Assembly: GCF_052425735.1 (NCBI RefSeq)
Contig: NC_135765.1
Coordinates: 8,928,001-8,992,000, forward strand
Direction: 5' to 3'
Length of the DNA: 64,000 nucleotides
Origin: Oculina patagonica
Lineage: Eukaryota
Below, piece after piece: positions 61,400 through 64,000 of the stretch (its first letter is position 1; each line of letters opens with the position of its first letter). The translations under genes and the position numbers were made by a program. Below the pieces are notes generated by a model that saw only the letters and a program-made list of their open reading frames with translations, was not told the origin of the DNA and searched no databases.

Positions 61400-62225
61400 A
61401 TCGCGAAGTGACGCGAACAATAAGTGTCGCGAACATAACATGACGCGGAAATTAAGTGACTCGCATCATGTCAATTTTCAAGGAAGAACAAGTTTAGTAC
61501 CACTGAAGGAAAGAATTTTTAATGTGCATGGATGATATCGTCACAACTGACCCTAGAACAATAAACAATAACCCATGCACGTACAAGTATGACCTACTTG
61601 AAGACATTGTGAGAACCCGGGGGGGGGGGGGTACTCAAAAAAGTTTGATACGGGGAGGCTCCGCCCCAAGTTCTAACCCCTTACCCTTTTATATACCATT
61701 TTTGACAGAAATTGTACCCCTTTCGTATACCTTTAACTGAAAAAGGTACCCATTCTATATACCTAAGAGACATGGCGTGGACTTAAAATAGGACGTTTTC
61801 TTGTCATTTTTATGTAGCGCTTAATAAATTAAAATAATACAGCCATAAATTGCGTCTGTTTGAAATATTTTAAATAAAGGCCCTTTTAAATAGCCAAATG
61901 ACAGATTTCTATACCCTTTCATATACTTAAACTCGTGAAATCCCTACCCTTTTTATATACCTGAAGCCTGAAAAAGGTACCCCTTTCGGGCGGAGCCTCC
62001 CCGTATAGGCCATTATAGGGTGTGAGAATTTAACTGCTCTGTTGCTGAGGTTTAGTCCTTCCCTTTGCGTTTTTGTTAATTTAGACGTTATTGTTCCTTT
62101 GAAGAAGTCGTTTTATTTAATTATTAATATTGCCAAGGGAATTCAAAATTTTCGAAAAATCGCGAAATATGCGCACCTCACAATCGCTAAATTGACGTGT
62201 CGTGAAAATTTCATGTAATGAGGTA
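61400..62225. mobile_element. Truncated pogo-like MITE containing a CCCGGGG-type element at ~61616-62020
   Basis: Repeated TCGCGAA motifs and right end TTTCATGTAATGAGG-TA. The inner element has inverted ATACGGGGAGGCTCCGCCC arms and TGTGAGAA on both flanks. Confidence 0.55.
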
Positions 62226-62669
62226 CCCCTTTTGTCTTTCTATTTTTAGTCTTTCCGTTGTCACTGTGTAAGTGTAAAGCAGTATGTTTACTTATGTTTT
62301 TGTATTTTTAACTAGTTGTTCGTTACTGCCTATTTTGTTTTAACTAGGAAAATTTGTAGTTTGTCTTTTTCGCCAATTTTTACTGATTTTTCCCAGTGTT
62401 TTTCTGACATATTTTTCTCAACTTCGTGCGCGACTTGATTACTCGTGTTTTTGCTCCAATTTTATGAAACAGTCCTTTAAATTGGCTTGCACGAAGCGAA
62501 AGTCTGTTTTTAAACAACCTAATGCAAATACCTTGGGTGAACGAACTTGTCAAAATTCTTGGGAATTACTTCAGGATTTCAATTTTCGAACTGTGTTGTA
62601 ATAACAATCGCCAACAACTTGACAACATCGTCCAAATCTTAGAAAAACTAGAGCGCAAAACTCATATCC

Positions 62670-63630
62670 CGATGACTTTTCTCTGGACAGCTTTCATGGA
62701 AATAATTTTGATCAGGATCCAGTTGTTTGGTTAGATGAATTTGATCGTTTTTCATTTCTTAACCGCTGGTCACTTACAGATAAACTTACTGTTTTGCCAC
62801 TTTATTTAAATGGCGTCTCTAAAACCTGGTTTTCTAACCTGTCTACTGAAACAAAGAATAATTATGAGCTATTTACTGAAGCCTTTCTTGCTCGTTTTAA
62901 TTCTGACGCAGTACAATTGTTTATTTGGCAACGACTACGAAATCGCAAACAAAAAGAATCAGAGTCTGTTGACCAATACGCTTCTGATATTTTACAATTT
63001 TTTACATCTAAGTGACGTTGAGGCTATGCGACATGTTATCAATGGTTAACTGCCTGATTTGCAAAATTATGTTCTTTTGAAACAGCCAATTTCATTTGCA
63101 TCAGCTGAGGCAGAGGCCCGGCTCAAACAAATGGTAAATATTTGCTATTCTTCGCCAGCTGATCCATTTGTGACTTTCGCCGATTTTGCTAAACACGTAG
63201 CTGACCCGATTCTCACAGCAAGAACTAAGACACATGAAAATCAGGACAAAATTTCAGACCAAGATTTGCGCTGTGATCCCAATTCACGCCGACGATTGCA
63301 ACCTCATTATTACGGAGGAAAACACAAACGTTTCAATGACAAATCTTTACTTAACTATTGTCAACAGCCTAGTACGGAAAACTGAAACGGGGCCTTCCGT
63401 GTCGAGGGTCGGTTGGGCCTAGTGACATATTTTATTCTCCTCGTACCAATTCTGCTATCAGAGATATTGATACAAATAGCGCTATTCAACCTCCAAAATT
63501 TGGAAGAAATATTAGGACTTTCAAACCTTCACATTTTTCGCATGGTGATTACGATTTGTCAGAACATGGTTATTTCACAGATTTGTCTTCTAGTGCACAA
63601 GATAACGGCCGATCTCAATAAGTTTGAAAC
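62670..63630 (+). pseudogene. Decayed Ty3/Gypsy-type retrotransposon gag fragment
   Basis: ..DPVVWLDEFDRF..LPLYLNGVSKTWF..FTEAFLARF..RKQKESESVDQYASDI.. (capsid-like), broken by frameshifts and stops. Confidence 0.7.
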
Positions 63631-64000
63631 ACTAGGCAGAGGCGGATCAAGGGGAGGGGTTGAGGGGGTTGCAAACCCCCCCCCCCCCCTTTGAGCAGCA
63701 TTTGTTTTATTTGTTTGGGTCTTCATAAAAATAATAGAACAAAATTGTTTCATACGTAGTTGTGTCACTTCCACTAATAATTGACTGATTGTCAAGTTAA
63801 AAAAAGATAGGGTATATTTCGCGACAGTTCAATATGAGCAACAACTAGAATACCATCGGTTCTCGAGCAATTCTTTAACAAAGTGCCTCTATTGTGCCGT
63901 AGCAAGGGGATGGGCCGGGGGGGCCCGTGCCCTCCAGTTTTTTTTTCCAAAAAGTAAAATCAGACCTGTATAAAAGGTTGAAAATAAAAATTTTATAGCC

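Overview
AT-rich eukaryotic animal DNA; the repeat and gene content suggest a cnidarian or stony coral (inference). From right to left: (1) decayed LINE and Gypsy-gag debris at about 60.1-63.6 kb; (2) a ~4.1-kb satellite of a 10-bp unit, CACCTTCAT(A/T), containing a 1,290-bp higher-order duplication; (3) a complete 24-coding-exon CEP63/DEUP1-family gene on the minus strand (55290..33168, ~729 aa, reconstructed by hand from GT-AG boundaries) with an intronless antisense BTB-BACK-PHR (BTBD3/6-like) gene nested in intron 19; (4) two further tandem copies of the CEP63 3' half (about 6.7-30.2 kb), in which the CEP63 exons carry frameshifts, stops or lost donors while the nested BTB genes remain open and have diverged mainly in the PHR domain; (5) inside the middle copy, a 5'-truncated L1/Tx1-type LINE split by an intact 6.1-kb Academ DNA transposon (TAG..CTA ends, TAT duplication, 1,488-aa ORF); (6) the first coding exon of an SLC16/monocarboxylate-transporter gene that runs off the left edge. 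Many non-autonomous elements with readable ends are scattered throughout. All family calls rest on motif recognition, not on database searches.
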